Assembly: GCA_050298055.1 (NCBI GenBank)
Contig: JBNKTL010000023.1
Span: 19,855 to 83,854, forward strand
Source of the DNA: Spirochaetota bacterium
GTDB taxonomy: Bacteria; Spirochaetota; UBA4802; UBA5550
DNA length: 64,000 bases
Direction of reading: 5' to 3'
Both the position numbers and the translations under genes were made by a program. The notes below the pieces were generated by a model, which was not told where the DNA came from, made no database searches, and saw only the letters and a program-made list of their open reading frames with translations. Shown piece by piece: positions 9,231 to 18,779 of this stretch (position 1 is the stretch's first letter; each line of letters opens with the position of its first letter).

Positions 9231-11348
9231 TCATTTCCTGGTAACCGCCAGGAGGGTGATATCGTCCCCCTGGAGTTCACCGCCGGTAAAACGGTTGAGA
9301 TCATCCACAATGGACCCTACTGTTTTTTCCGGATCCATACCTGTTTTGGCCAGAAGAGACTTCAGTCTTTCCTCTCCATACTCATCACCGGAACCGTTCA
9401 TGGCCTCGATGACACCGTCCGTCAGCTGGATAAAGGTGTCTCCTTCCTTCAGGGTGGTCCTGTGCAGGGAAATACGGTCCTGAAAAGTCTCCGAGTTGAC
9501 GACCCCCAGGGCAATACCTCCCCCTTTCAGCTCTCTCACCCTGTTGTGGGCAACTACCAGGGAAGGGAGGTGTCCGGCACTCCCATAGGTGAGCTCACCG
9601 GTGCCTGTGTCCAGCATTCCCAGGAACATGGACACGAAGAAATGAGACGCCGTGTTGCTGTAGAGGTAGCTGTTTATCCCGGCAAGCAGTGACCGCAGTG
9701 AAACCCCCTTACCGAGAGAAGTATGCAGAAGAGTGCGGGTCATGGCCATGACCAGTCCTGAACCGACCCCATGCCCGGAAACATCTGCCATGACCAGTAC
9801 CAGAGTTGTATCCGATACCCGTATGACATCGAAATAGTCCCCGCCCGACTCGGATTGGGCGGCATAATATGATGCGAAGCTGTACCCTTTTACCCGGGGA
9901 AATTCTTCAGGAAGCAGCGCCTTCTGGATTGCCTCGGCGGTTTTAAGTTCACTTTCCATTCTGATTCTCCGTTCCCGTTCCTTTGCCGCCTCTTTCAGGC
10001 TGGCGGCGGTCTCGTTCAGTATATCGGAAAGCTGGGCAATCTCATCACTCCCCCCGATATCAAGAACTGTATCCAGGTTTCCCCTGCCGATTTCCCTGGC
10101 ACCGGAAGCAAGCTTTTGTATGGACCGGACAAGGAAGCCGGGGAAAAAAATTGCGATAGCCACGGCCCTTAAAAAAACGGCCAGAATGAGGTTCACCAGT
10201 TCCGATGTTTTACGGTCCATGCTTTCGAAAAATTTATGCCTGTGCAGAAATATACCGGATATACCCAGCAGATCAACCCGGTATGACATAAGGGCCAACT
10301 GCTCTGTTGTAAAATCCGTCTCAAGGAGGACCCGGTTTTTTCTCAGGGAGTAGACCAGGTGCTCCCGGAAGTCCTTCTCTGATACTCCTTTTCGAAGCGT
10401 CAGCCTGTAGCGGGCCGCAGTCTTATCAAAGAGCGCGTAAAGATCTCCGGAAGTGATGCGCTTATCTTTTTGTTTTTCCGTAAAGGACCCGGTAAAGAAG
10501 TCCCGTATTTTCCCGTAATGGACTGCCGGGACACCTGCTTTCCCGTACTGCCGCCAGAAACAGGCAAAGATGAGATGAGAAAAATTATTTCCTGCCAGGG
10601 TCAGGGTAAAGGGAAATGTTCTGTCCCGCGACGAAAGCCTCCTGATGAATATCTCCCTCAGAGAACGTTCTTCTTTTTTTAATATCCGGGGATCGGTTTT
10701 CCGGTCTTTCCTGCTCTGGTCCAGAAGACGGAACCGCTGGTAGAGAAGGATGTCCTGCTTTCCGCGAAAGAGGGGACAACCCATAACGACAAATTTTTTT
10801 CCCCTGACCGGATCGCTGGCAAAAATGAGTGCGGGAGATATGGTGATATGGTTCATAAACCTCGGGTAGAGGGATGCGGAGAGGAGAGGGTCTTTCACAC
10901 TCTGGTATTGTACGCCTCCGGACCTTCTTTTAAAATAGATAAAACGGGGCCGGGCAGTCTCTTCCCAGCGGGGAGACGAGCCGGTTACCCTGTGATCAAT
11001 GACAAAGCTTATATCATAGAGAGGATCTTTGGAGGTGAAGAGCGAATAGTATTCTGAGGCGGAGAGGAGGTGTTTTGACAGGGCGGCGGTAAGTTTTTGT
11101 CTCAGCCCCCCCCCCGGTTTTTCGTGATCGAGTATTCTCCTGGTTGTCAGGTATCCCGTCAGGTCGCTGATACCGCCTTTTAAAACTGCGCCGGTGAGTT
11201 TTTTTGTGGTTTCGATCAGGGCCTGTTCATGCTGGTTGTATACCATGAGAGTAACCAAAACAGAGACAAAGAGCGACGTGCCCAACGTCAGGAGAACAAT
11301 TTTAAACCTGATACTGAACCGAATGGAACGGACTCTTTTATTTGTCAT
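9231..11348 (-). CDS. Membrane sensor HAMP-SpoIIE/PP2C phosphatase (RsbU-like)
   Basis: Two TM segments, HAMP (DEIAQL), and GGDYFD, ADVSGHG, TDGVIEA and DDITL motifs. Confidence 0.9.
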   Translation of the reverse strand: MTNKRVRSIRFSIRFKIVLLTLGTSLFVSVLVTLMVYNQHEQALIETTKKLTGAVLKGGISDLTGYLTTRRILDHEKPGGGLRQKLTAALSKHLLSASEYYSLFTSKDPLYDISFVIDHRVTGSSPRWEETARPRFIYFKRRSGGVQYQSVKDPLLSASLYPRFMNHITISPALIFASDPVRGKKFVVMGCPLFRGKQDILLYQRFRLLDQSRKDRKTDPRILKKEERSLREIFIRRLSSRDRTFPFTLTLAGNNFSHLIFACFWRQYGKAGVPAVHYGKIRDFFTGSFTEKQKDKRITSGDLYALFDKTAARYRLTLRKGVSEKDFREHLVYSLRKNRVLLETDFTTEQLALMSYRVDLLGISGIFLHRHKFFESMDRKTSELVNLILAVFLRAVAIAIFFPGFLVRSIQKLASGAREIGRGNLDTVLDIGGSDEIAQLSDILNETAASLKEAAKERERRIRMESELKTAEAIQKALLPEEFPRVKGYSFASYYAAQSESGGDYFDVIRVSDTTLVLVMADVSGHGVGSGLVMAMTRTLLHTSLGKGVSLRSLLAGINSYLYSNTASHFFVSMFLGMLDTGTGELTYGSAGHLPSLVVAHNRVRELKGGGIALGVVNSETFQDRISLHRTTLKEGDTFIQLTDGVIEAMNGSGDEYGEERLKSLLAKTGMDPEKTVGSIVDDLNRFTGGELQGDDITLLAVTRK

Positions 11349-11646
11349 TGTTTGCCGGGGAAAAACGTTCCGTAAAAAAGTTATAGAGAGAGGAAAAAAG
11401 GATACCTGCAATAAAAAAGTCTACCGCGCTATAGAGTGAATTAATAACAACTGCAATAATCCTTGACAGAGCAGTTGAGCCGGCAGAAGGAATGACCGAG
11501 AACCCGCCCGCAGGATGAATGCTTTCGAACAGCCTTACCACCTCCGTACCGAACCCGTTTACCGCGCACCAGGCAAACAGGATGACTGACGGGATGAGTC
11601 CTGCAAGTACCAGGGAGAGTGTAAACCATTTTACCTGAAGTTTCAT
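11338..11646 (-). CDS. Small two-TM membrane protein
   Basis: MKLQVKWFTLSLVLAG... with AAGGAG RBS; stop overlaps the phosphatase start. Confidence 0.7.
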   Translation of the reverse strand: MKLQVKWFTLSLVLAGLIPSVILFAWCAVNGFGTEVVRLFESIHPAGGFSVIPSAGSTALSRIIAVVINSLYSAVDFFIAGILFSSLYNFFTERFSPANNDK

Positions 11647-11717
11647 TCTTTTCAGCTCCTTTAAAAACTCATGATTTTGGCCCGGGCCTTTCCATAACAG
11701 GCGGCATCCCCATCCTG

Positions 11718-11746
11718 GTGCTGGGCCCGCATGATTTTGCACCAAT
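11718..11746 (-). repeat. 29-bp dispersed repeat, copy 1
   Basis: Minus strand ATTGGTGCAAAATCATGCGGGCCCAGCAC; 27/29 identical to 34603-34631. Confidence 0.75.
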
Positions 11747-11817
11747 TTGATTTTGTAACCCCTGGTTCATTCAGCGGTTATATTTTTGTAATCAGTAAAA
11801 ATCATGCAATCGAAGTA

Positions 11818-12156
11818 CTAGCCGGCCAGGGCTTCTTCGTCACTGTTGTACATATCGAAGAGTGTATCAAACCCGAGAAGAGTGAAAATCTTCAGGATCT
11901 TTTCATTCATATGGCTCAGTTTAACCGCTCCGCCCTGTTTCCTCAGGGTTTCATTGGCGCTTATTATTACTCCGAGCCCCGCACTGGCAATATAGGACAG
12001 GTCTTTCACATTGCATACAATTATTTTCACTCCGCTATCCAGGACCCCTTTTATCTTAGATGCAAACTGCGGGGCAGTATCAATATCCAGGCTCCCGGAC
12101 AGGGTAATAACGGCACCGGCAGATGATTTTTCCACTTTCATAGTTAATTTTGACAT
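11818..12156 (-). CDS. STAS anti-sigma-factor antagonist (RsbV/SpoIIAA-like)
   Basis: LSGSLDIDTAP and LSYIASAGLGVI (phospho-Ser motif); GGAGGAG RBS. Confidence 0.92.
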   Translation of the reverse strand: MSKLTMKVEKSSAGAVITLSGSLDIDTAPQFASKIKGVLDSGVKIIVCNVKDLSYIASAGLGVIISANETLRKQGGAVKLSHMNEKILKIFTLLGFDTLFDMYNSDEEALAG

Positions 12157-12325
12157 ATGCTCCTCCGCATTTACTGACCGCACAATAGACTTTCCCTGTC
12201 CGGTTGTCCAGCATCATTTTTAATCGGTCCCGGCTGAAACAGCTTTTTTTACAACAAAATCCAATAATAAAAAACACCGGCCCTGAAAAATACAGAACTC
12301 TATGAAGATGAAAAAATTATGTCAA

Positions 12326-13708
12326 TTAAAAAGGAATTTTATTTGTTTTTGTCCAGATGTTCATCTCCTCAGCAGATTTAATTAAATCATCACGAAAATC
12401 AGGATGAGCAAGATCAATGAGGCATTCGGTCCTTCCCCATACGGACCTGGCTTTCATATTGTAAATGCCATTTTCTGTAACCAGGTAGTGAACCATTGAT
12501 CTTGGAACGGTAACAACAGAGCCTCCTTCAATAAGAGGTTTGATTCTTGAATGGGTATTTCCCTCCTTATCTTTGTAGGTTGAAGTAAAGGCCAGAAAAC
12601 TTTTCCCCCCCTTTGAGTGGAATGCCCCTGAAACAAAATCAAGTTGTCCGCCTGTGCCGGATATTTGTTTCAGTCCGGCAGTTTCTGAACAAACCTGGCT
12701 CAGAAGGTCAATTTCAACAATATTGTTGATGGATATGACCTTATCATTAAGTGCAATGTTTGCGGGATTATTTACATAATTTACTTCACAGGATGCAAGA
12801 CGTGGATTATTATCAATAAAATCATAAGTTTCCTGTTTCCCAAGGCAAAAGGAGTAGGTGCTTTTATTTCTATCAATAGTTTTATTCGCATTTGTAATTT
12901 TTCCGGTTTCATACAACCTGACCATTGCATCACAAAACATTTCACTCTGAATACCAAGATCCTTAAGATCTGACAGGGCAATCATTTCCCCAACTGCATT
13001 GGGAAGTGAACCAATACCCAGTTGCAGGCAGGACCCGTCTTCAATGTGCTCCAGAATATACTCTGAGATTTTTTTTTCTTCAGGAGTTGCTTCAGGCAGA
13101 GAAGGGACTGAGAATATGGGACTGTTACTGCCTTCAATAATATAATCAATCTCACTGAGATGGAAATACTCGTCATTACCTCCCAGGCAGCGGGGCATAT
13201 TATCATTAATTTCCAGGATCCTGATGCCGGCCATGAGCCCGATACTCCTGTTGTGGGAATTAGCCAGTCCAAAATTAAAACAGCCACTGCTATCCATGGG
13301 AGTTGTCTGAGCAACCCATATGTCCGGTTTAATATAGTGAAGGTCATCAGGAAGATTATATGTGAGCATTGTTGCTTCATGATAATTAAAAGGGATGTGG
13401 CAATTAAGATTATTTTTAGCCGCCATTCTGTCAAGAAGTGTATAATACCAGCTAAAATACATAAAGGACTGCTGTTGTGGGTCATTTTGTATTACCGCGG
13501 GATATGGAGGTATTGTCCCCGTGCCCCGGATCGCAACCTCTGAGACCTCTCCAACTCTTTTACTGAGGGCAAGATCAAACTCAACTGGTTTTGAAGCAAA
13601 CATTCCATATTCGATTTTACTCTTTGATTTTACCAGTTTAGCTGCCTGTTCAGCAGTGATGACTTTTTTTTTGTACTCTGATAAGAAACTCTTCATACAT
13701 CTCTCCAT
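12326..13708 (-). CDS. Acetyl-CoA hydrolase/transferase (butyryl-CoA:acetate CoA-transferase-like)
   Basis: LQLGIGSLPNAVG, SEMFCD, QISGTGGQLDF, VTENG and LAHPDFRDDL. Confidence 0.9.
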   Translation of the reverse strand: MERCMKSFLSEYKKKVITAEQAAKLVKSKSKIEYGMFASKPVEFDLALSKRVGEVSEVAIRGTGTIPPYPAVIQNDPQQQSFMYFSWYYTLLDRMAAKNNLNCHIPFNYHEATMLTYNLPDDLHYIKPDIWVAQTTPMDSSGCFNFGLANSHNRSIGLMAGIRILEINDNMPRCLGGNDEYFHLSEIDYIIEGSNSPIFSVPSLPEATPEEKKISEYILEHIEDGSCLQLGIGSLPNAVGEMIALSDLKDLGIQSEMFCDAMVRLYETGKITNANKTIDRNKSTYSFCLGKQETYDFIDNNPRLASCEVNYVNNPANIALNDKVISINNIVEIDLLSQVCSETAGLKQISGTGGQLDFVSGAFHSKGGKSFLAFTSTYKDKEGNTHSRIKPLIEGGSVVTVPRSMVHYLVTENGIYNMKARSVWGRTECLIDLAHPDFRDDLIKSAEEMNIWTKTNKIPF

Positions 13709-13804
13709 AAAGTGTTAATTATTTTACTACTCATTGATGTTAAAAATGTTCAGTTTTATTCTAATGCAAGACATTTTTTGCATTTTTCCTGTTATCAAAA
13801 AAGA

Positions 13805-13921
13805 TGTTTACTTCAGTAAAACATACTTATTTAATAAAATGCTAACAATGCCCCCGTCCAAGGGGGCGGGAACACATCATTTTTTTTAACAGGAAAATTT
13901 TTATGCAGAGTTGAATCGTTA
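13805..13921 (-). repeat. Degenerate copy of the GC-hairpin MITE-like element
   Basis: Minus strand TAACGATTCAACTCTGCATAA...TGTTCCCGCCCCCTTGGACGGGGGCATTGTT resembles 63838-63930. Confidence 0.5.
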
Positions 13922-14032
13922 CTGAATTTAAATAAACAGGTGCCCCTCCAGGAAATAGTGTCCGCTTGCAGAGACTTAATTGTATCATAATTATAGAAGG
14001 CAAAAAGTCTATATTATCAATGGAGGCCGTTA

Positions 14033-14254
14033 ATGAAGAAAATCATATTATCAATAGGGATCTTTTTAGTGGGAACCGCTGTGGTTTTATCAGCACAGGA
14101 CAAAATACAGGACCAGGACCAGGTAAAAGAACAGGAAAAAATACTGGAGCAAAAACGTGAACGCATCAGAAACAGAAAAGAAATAAGAGAAGAGCTGAAA
14201 GAGCAGAACCGGAACCAGCGACATAACAGGATAAAAAATTCAAAAAACAAATAA
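14033..14254 (+). CDS. Small secreted Q/E/R-rich protein
   Basis: Signal peptide MKKIILSIGIFLVGTAVVLSA; GGAGG RBS. Confidence 0.7.
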   Translation: MKKIILSIGIFLVGTAVVLSAQDKIQDQDQVKEQEKILEQKRERIRNRKEIREELKEQNRNQRHNRIKNSKNK

Positions 14255-14272
14255 TTGAATAAAGATCTTTTG

Positions 14273-14413
14273 TAACTTCTCAAGCTTCGTATATAAATAA
14301 TCTTACTCAGGATAAGAACACAATTGCCATGTCCCCGCCGCCCAGGACGGCGGGGACATCCTGTTGACATTTTTAGTAAATATGTTATCATTAATCATAT
14401 GGCGGGGAAGTTA
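14273..14413. repeat. GC-hairpin MITE-like element
   Basis: Core ATGTCCCCGCCG-N7-CGGCGGGGACAT (14329-14359); termini TAACTTC...GAAGTTA. Confidence 0.75.
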
Positions 14414-15357
14414 TGATCTTTTTTAAAATATATCTTAATGTGAAAAATAATTTTTATAAAATTGCTCTGCTTATCGTAATTTTCATATTCAGTTTGGATC
14501 ATTTATATGCCGCCAAAAAAAATCATGATATAGACCTGTCCGTTGGAAGTAAAGGTGTCTATTCATCAGGAATATCCGAACCTTATATGTATAATATGAC
14601 AGGGGGCAAAGTCTCATATAAGAGGGAATATCTGGGGATCGGGACTTCTCTCAATCAATACTTTAATTATCAGGTTACAGACGGAAATGGTGAATATGAT
14701 TACAGATCATTCAGTGAAGCCGGCGCATCACTGGAAATATTCATCGATAAATATTTAATCCTTTCGGGAGAATACAGCAGGGCAAAAGATTTTAACAACC
14801 TCACGGGAAATACTTATGACGGAGACATTGAGTTCCAGATCGCAGATGCTGTTTTTTCAGCCTCTTATTTATACAGGGATTTTAATTATGAAATCGCTTC
14901 AAATGATATTGAATTAACGGGGAAAGATTTTCGTCTTGGTATTGATTATTATGTTAATGATTCCCTCGGATTCGATCTGGCATACTCTTACAATACGCTT
15001 TATATTAATTCCCTGGAAAGTGATTACAGGAAAAATATTTTTCGCGCGGGATGTATTTACACGCCATTAAAAAAACTTTTTTTTACGGCCGGAGCAGCCG
15101 TCGGGAAAGACTCGGAAGAATACACTATTATTGGAGCAGATTTAAGCATTACCCTGTTTTTTTCTTCACGTTTTAAACTGAATTTTTATTACTCTCTCTC
15201 CTCTTTCAATCCACCGCCGGCAGGTATTTCTTCCGGAGGCAGCTCCACTGGCGGGAATTCCTCAAAAGCAAAAACAAATCCCTACCTGACATCAGATAAA
15301 GTGGGGGAAGCATATTATTCACAAATAATAAATTTTGGAATTACGGTTATATTTTAA
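14413..15357 (+). CDS. Putative outer-membrane beta-barrel protein
   Basis: Signal peptide, alternating aromatic/Gly beta-strands, C-terminal Phe (NFGITVIF). Confidence 0.65.
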   Translation: MIFFKIYLNVKNNFYKIALLIVIFIFSLDHLYAAKKNHDIDLSVGSKGVYSSGISEPYMYNMTGGKVSYKREYLGIGTSLNQYFNYQVTDGNGEYDYRSFSEAGASLEIFIDKYLILSGEYSRAKDFNNLTGNTYDGDIEFQIADAVFSASYLYRDFNYEIASNDIELTGKDFRLGIDYYVNDSLGFDLAYSYNTLYINSLESDYRKNIFRAGCIYTPLKKLFFTAGAAVGKDSEEYTIIGADLSITLFFSSRFKLNFYYSLSSFNPPPAGISSGGSSTGGNSSKAKTNPYLTSDKVGEAYYSQIINFGITVIF

Positions 15358-15380
15358 GAAACCACCTTCTCTGGGGGCGG

Positions 15381-16016
15381 TTAACGGGGCAGTTTCAATT
15401 GTTCAATGTCGCATATCCTTCGCTCGAGGGAATTCCTGATCAACTTTATGAGGAGAAGGGTTTCCTTGTATAACTCCCTGCCCAGTTCCTCGCTTGCCTT
15501 GAAATGAAGCCTGCCGTAATCATTCTTCCTCTTCTCCAGCCTGTTCTCGAGAATTTCCCGAATGGACCCTGATTTACCCATGATACCCCGAAGCATCCCC
15601 ATGAGACCGAGCCGGTCAAGATCGTCAGCATCGAAAACAATTTTCTCCTCTGTTGTTTCCGGGGGGAGCATTGAAGTTTCCGTGTGCCGGACAACGATCC
15701 TGGTTATCTTGTCTTTCGTGTCATTGTCAACACCGGAAGATTTCAGGAATTCTTCGGCTATACTGCCGCCAATCAACCCGTGGAGATGCCCCGATTCCGC
15801 ATCAACCCGGCCGATATCGTGAAACAGCGCGCCGGCAATGAGAATAAAGGGGTCCACGTCATCGGGGATACGCTCCGCGATCTCGATAGAATATCTCGCC
15901 ACTTCCAGCACATGGGAATAGTCGTGGCCCTCGCAGCCGGAATGCTTCTGCTCGATAAATTTCTTTATTTTATAGAGGAGATCAATTTCTTCCGGGGTGA
16001 GTTTCCTGTTGAACAT
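15381..16016 (-). CDS. HD-domain phosphohydrolase
   Basis: GHDYSH, ALFHDIGR and VFDADDLDRLG. Confidence 0.88.
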   Translation of the reverse strand: MFNRKLTPEEIDLLYKIKKFIEQKHSGCEGHDYSHVLEVARYSIEIAERIPDDVDPFILIAGALFHDIGRVDAESGHLHGLIGGSIAEEFLKSSGVDNDTKDKITRIVVRHTETSMLPPETTEEKIVFDADDLDRLGLMGMLRGIMGKSGSIREILENRLEKRKNDYGRLHFKASEELGRELYKETLLLIKLIRNSLERRICDIEQLKLPR

Positions 16017-16062
16017 ATTATTACTCCGATTTGATGTCTTTACGCATCTCTCATCCGCAAAC

Positions 16063-16542
16063 TTAATCCATATCAGCGCTCAATTCTTTCCAGATAAGTG
16101 ATTCCGTGTATTTAACGATTCTTTCACGGAGCCGTGTGGATACAATTTGCGCAATGTTTTTCATGATCACGTATCCAATGCGATAATTACTTTCAACAAG
16201 CTTTTCGAATTCATTCAGTTCCAGGATAAAGACCTGCGCGTCACCCGCGGCCTTTGCAGTTGCCGAACGGGGGGCCCGGTCGATAAGGGAGAGTTCGCCG
16301 AATATTTCCCCCTCTTTGATAACATGCACAGTGGCCAGTTCCGTATCGAGGCCGATATTGGTCTGGATATCCACCTTCCCCCTGCAGAGTATATACATCT
16401 CGGACCCGGTACTTTTCTCTTCAAAAATTATCGTTTCATTATCATACGTTTTTTCATTACAGATACCGGCAATTTTCTCTATTTCTTCATCGGTAAGTCC
16501 GCTGAAAATCTCGCTGTTCTTGATCGCATTGAATAACTCCAT
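16063..16542 (-). CDS. Stand-alone cyclic-nucleotide-binding protein
   Basis: IFSGL and GEIFGELSLIDRAPRSATA phosphate-binding cassette; no HTH. Confidence 0.88.
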   Translation of the reverse strand: MELFNAIKNSEIFSGLTDEEIEKIAGICNEKTYDNETIIFEEKSTGSEMYILCRGKVDIQTNIGLDTELATVHVIKEGEIFGELSLIDRAPRSATAKAAGDAQVFILELNEFEKLVESNYRIGYVIMKNIAQIVSTRLRERIVKYTESLIWKELSADMD

Positions 16543-16869
16543 GATACCCGACCTCAATTTTTTCTTCTCTAAATTTACTGTTGTATCAAAGCACACGTCC
16601 GCAAATCCCAAAAGACTTATGAGACACGGTAACGCTCAGAATGAATACCAGTAAATGATTGTCTGTTGACAGTGAGTCCCCGGCATGCTGCCGGTAATAA
16701 AATTTTGGTCCACAGGATACTATCAAACAAACCGATACGCGTAAATAATATTAGTTCCCTGTTACAGGAGTCAATAATAATTTATATCTTCTCATCATTT
16801 TCAGTAGACCCTGGCGGAAAAAATTATTAAATTTATTTAAAAAGGAATACTCTGCTGAGGAGGCATAAT

Positions 16870-17469
16870 ATGGCCCGGGAAAAAGTCAATATATCACGTC
16901 CCTCCGGTGATACGGAGAGAGAAGCCGTCGATGAGTTAAGTACACAGGAGCTGAGAGACAGGCTGATAAAAGAAAAACGGGCGGAAGAGGACACAATAAA
17001 CGATTTTGAAAAGATGGTCCTTGAGAAAATCAGGAAAGTTGATGAACTTAAGGAGCTGGATGACCTGATAAAGGCTCGAAGGGCCCGGGAGGACATTGTA
17101 TCGGAAAAAACAGACCTGGACAGGATCGTCAGGGAGAGAAAGATACTGGAAGACAACAGAAGTGACCTCCAGCGGCTTGTGGAAATAAGGAAATCCGAAG
17201 AGGGACTTATTACCGAACTGGAAAAGCTTATCGCGTTGAGAAGGTTAAAGGAGATGGAACTTTCCGATCTTGAGAAACTGATCCTCTACAGGAGAAACGA
17301 AGGATCAACGGAATACCAGAGGGACAACCTCATACGGATACGGCGCCTGGAAGAGGACATGTCACGGGAGAGGGAGAGGATAGTCCGATACAGGAGACAG
17401 AAAGAGAAAGAGAGGACCCCCCTGGAAATGATCATCGAGAAGAGGCGCGACCGGGAAGAGAGGCTCTAG
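16870..17469 (+). CDS. Highly charged helical protein of ~10 tandem 17-aa repeats
   Basis: GAGGAGG RBS; repeats such as DLDRIVRERKILEDNRS, DLQRLVEIRKSEEGLIT and ELEKLIALRRLKEMELS. Confidence 0.8.
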   Translation: MAREKVNISRPSGDTEREAVDELSTQELRDRLIKEKRAEEDTINDFEKMVLEKIRKVDELKELDDLIKARRAREDIVSEKTDLDRIVRERKILEDNRSDLQRLVEIRKSEEGLITELEKLIALRRLKEMELSDLEKLILYRRNEGSTEYQRDNLIRIRRLEEDMSRERERIVRYRRQKEKERTPLEMIIEKRRDREERL

Positions 17470-17476
17470 CAATAAT

Positions 17477-17851
17477 TTATCGAACCGGTTCCGTATACCG
17501 GAAGAGGATCTTTCCCTCATGGTTTCTGCCCATAATGAACTTCATATGCCGGAGGGTGGACATCTCGTTTTTCAGCTTCTGAGGTGTCATATCTTTATCA
17601 AGTTTTTTCAGAATATCATCGGGAGCGATCTCACCGGCTGAGCGGATGATTTCCAGAATTTCATTCTGCAGGGCGGAAAGCTGGTCCGGTGCTTCCGAAT
17701 CCATTGTCTTTGAAGCAATATAATTCGCCCAGGGATCACAGCCCACTGAGGGAGAAAGAGCGTCCATATAGCAGTCTTCACAGAGCATTTTTGAACTGTA
17801 TTCCCGTTCTTCCCCCCGGGGTATTACCGTACCGCACCTTTCGCAGTTCAT
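17477..17851 (-). CDS. Zn-finger plus probable winged-helix protein
   Basis: CERC...LCEDC...CDPWA followed by an HTH-like C-terminus. Confidence 0.7.
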   Translation of the reverse strand: MNCERCGTVIPRGEEREYSSKMLCEDCYMDALSPSVGCDPWANYIASKTMDSEAPDQLSALQNEILEIIRSAGEIAPDDILKKLDKDMTPQKLKNEMSTLRHMKFIMGRNHEGKILFRYTEPVR

Positions 17852-17855
17852 CCCT

Positions 17856-18494
17856 CTATCCCCGGCCTTTCTTCTCCTTTTTTTCCAGTTCTATGAGCCT
17901 CTCGCCCATCTGCCTGAAAAGAGAAAAGAACTCCTTAAATTCATCCTTCTCCCGGAGGTCCCGCATATCAGGCGACATCCCGTCAAGTATCTCCCTGATA
18001 TGTCTTGACATGATGAAGATGGGGCCGGATATCCTGTGCGTATGCCTGATCATCTGTATATAAAGAACTATTATTCCCGCGATTGTTATTGCAATAATAA
18101 TTGAAATCAGCCAGCCGTTCATGTTCATGATCTCCCTGTTGGCGTTCTGAACACTGCTGTTGGAGTCAACCGCTGCCTTGAGGATATCCATACTTTTATT
18201 GTAATCATTCGCCAGCTTCCCCGCAGTTTTCGCATAGGTCCCGGTGGGGCCGGTCCCGGGCATCAGGGAAAAGCTGACAATGATGTCCTGCTGGAGCTCA
18301 AAGATCTTCTGGATCTTCTTTGTGTTGTCAATGATAAACTTGTTGTTTGACTCAATCTTTTCACTGTTGCCGTTAAGAATAATTCCTGCCGCCACAATAA
18401 TCACTGTTACGAGTGCACCCACAAAACCGATAACAGCAAATGATTTCTTGAACTGAAAATCTCTGTCGATAATATAGCTTCTTTTGTATTTCAT
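17856..18494 (-). CDS. Two-TM membrane protein with HAMP-like C-terminus
   Basis: KRSYIIDRDFQ, two hydrophobic segments, and THRISGP...LREKDEF. Confidence 0.7.
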   Translation of the reverse strand: MKYKRSYIIDRDFQFKKSFAVIGFVGALVTVIIVAAGIILNGNSEKIESNNKFIIDNTKKIQKIFELQQDIIVSFSLMPGTGPTGTYAKTAGKLANDYNKSMDILKAAVDSNSSVQNANREIMNMNGWLISIIIAITIAGIIVLYIQMIRHTHRISGPIFIMSRHIREILDGMSPDMRDLREKDEFKEFFSLFRQMGERLIELEKKEKKGRG

Positions 18495-18588
18495 GTAATT
18501 AACTCATTTGTAATTTTAATCATATTTACCTGAAAAAGCATTTTTTTCAAGTAATTTTGCATAAGGAACAAAATATTATTAACCGGAG

Positions 18589-18645
18589 AGGGCTCTGACC
18601 CCTGAATTTTACTCCGGGCAGCAGATTTATGGGGGCTCTGACCCC
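18589..18645. repeat. Pair of short GGGCTCTGACCCC palindromic REP-like units
   Basis: Copies at 18590-18602 and 18633-18645. Confidence 0.55.
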
Positions 18646-18779
18646 ATTTTACAATTTTTTCGTAATATTTATGTTACTTTTCCCCCCCCTGCCCGTTTTA
18701 CATCCAGAACAGCAAAACAAAAGACAATGCATGTTCAAATACTACAGGCTGTTTGAAGCCATTATACGGAGGCCAGAAA

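Noticed and set aside
16545..16740. Possible structured leader or riboswitch upstream of the cNMP gene
   Set aside because: No conserved riboswitch motif recognised; an Rfam scan would be needed.
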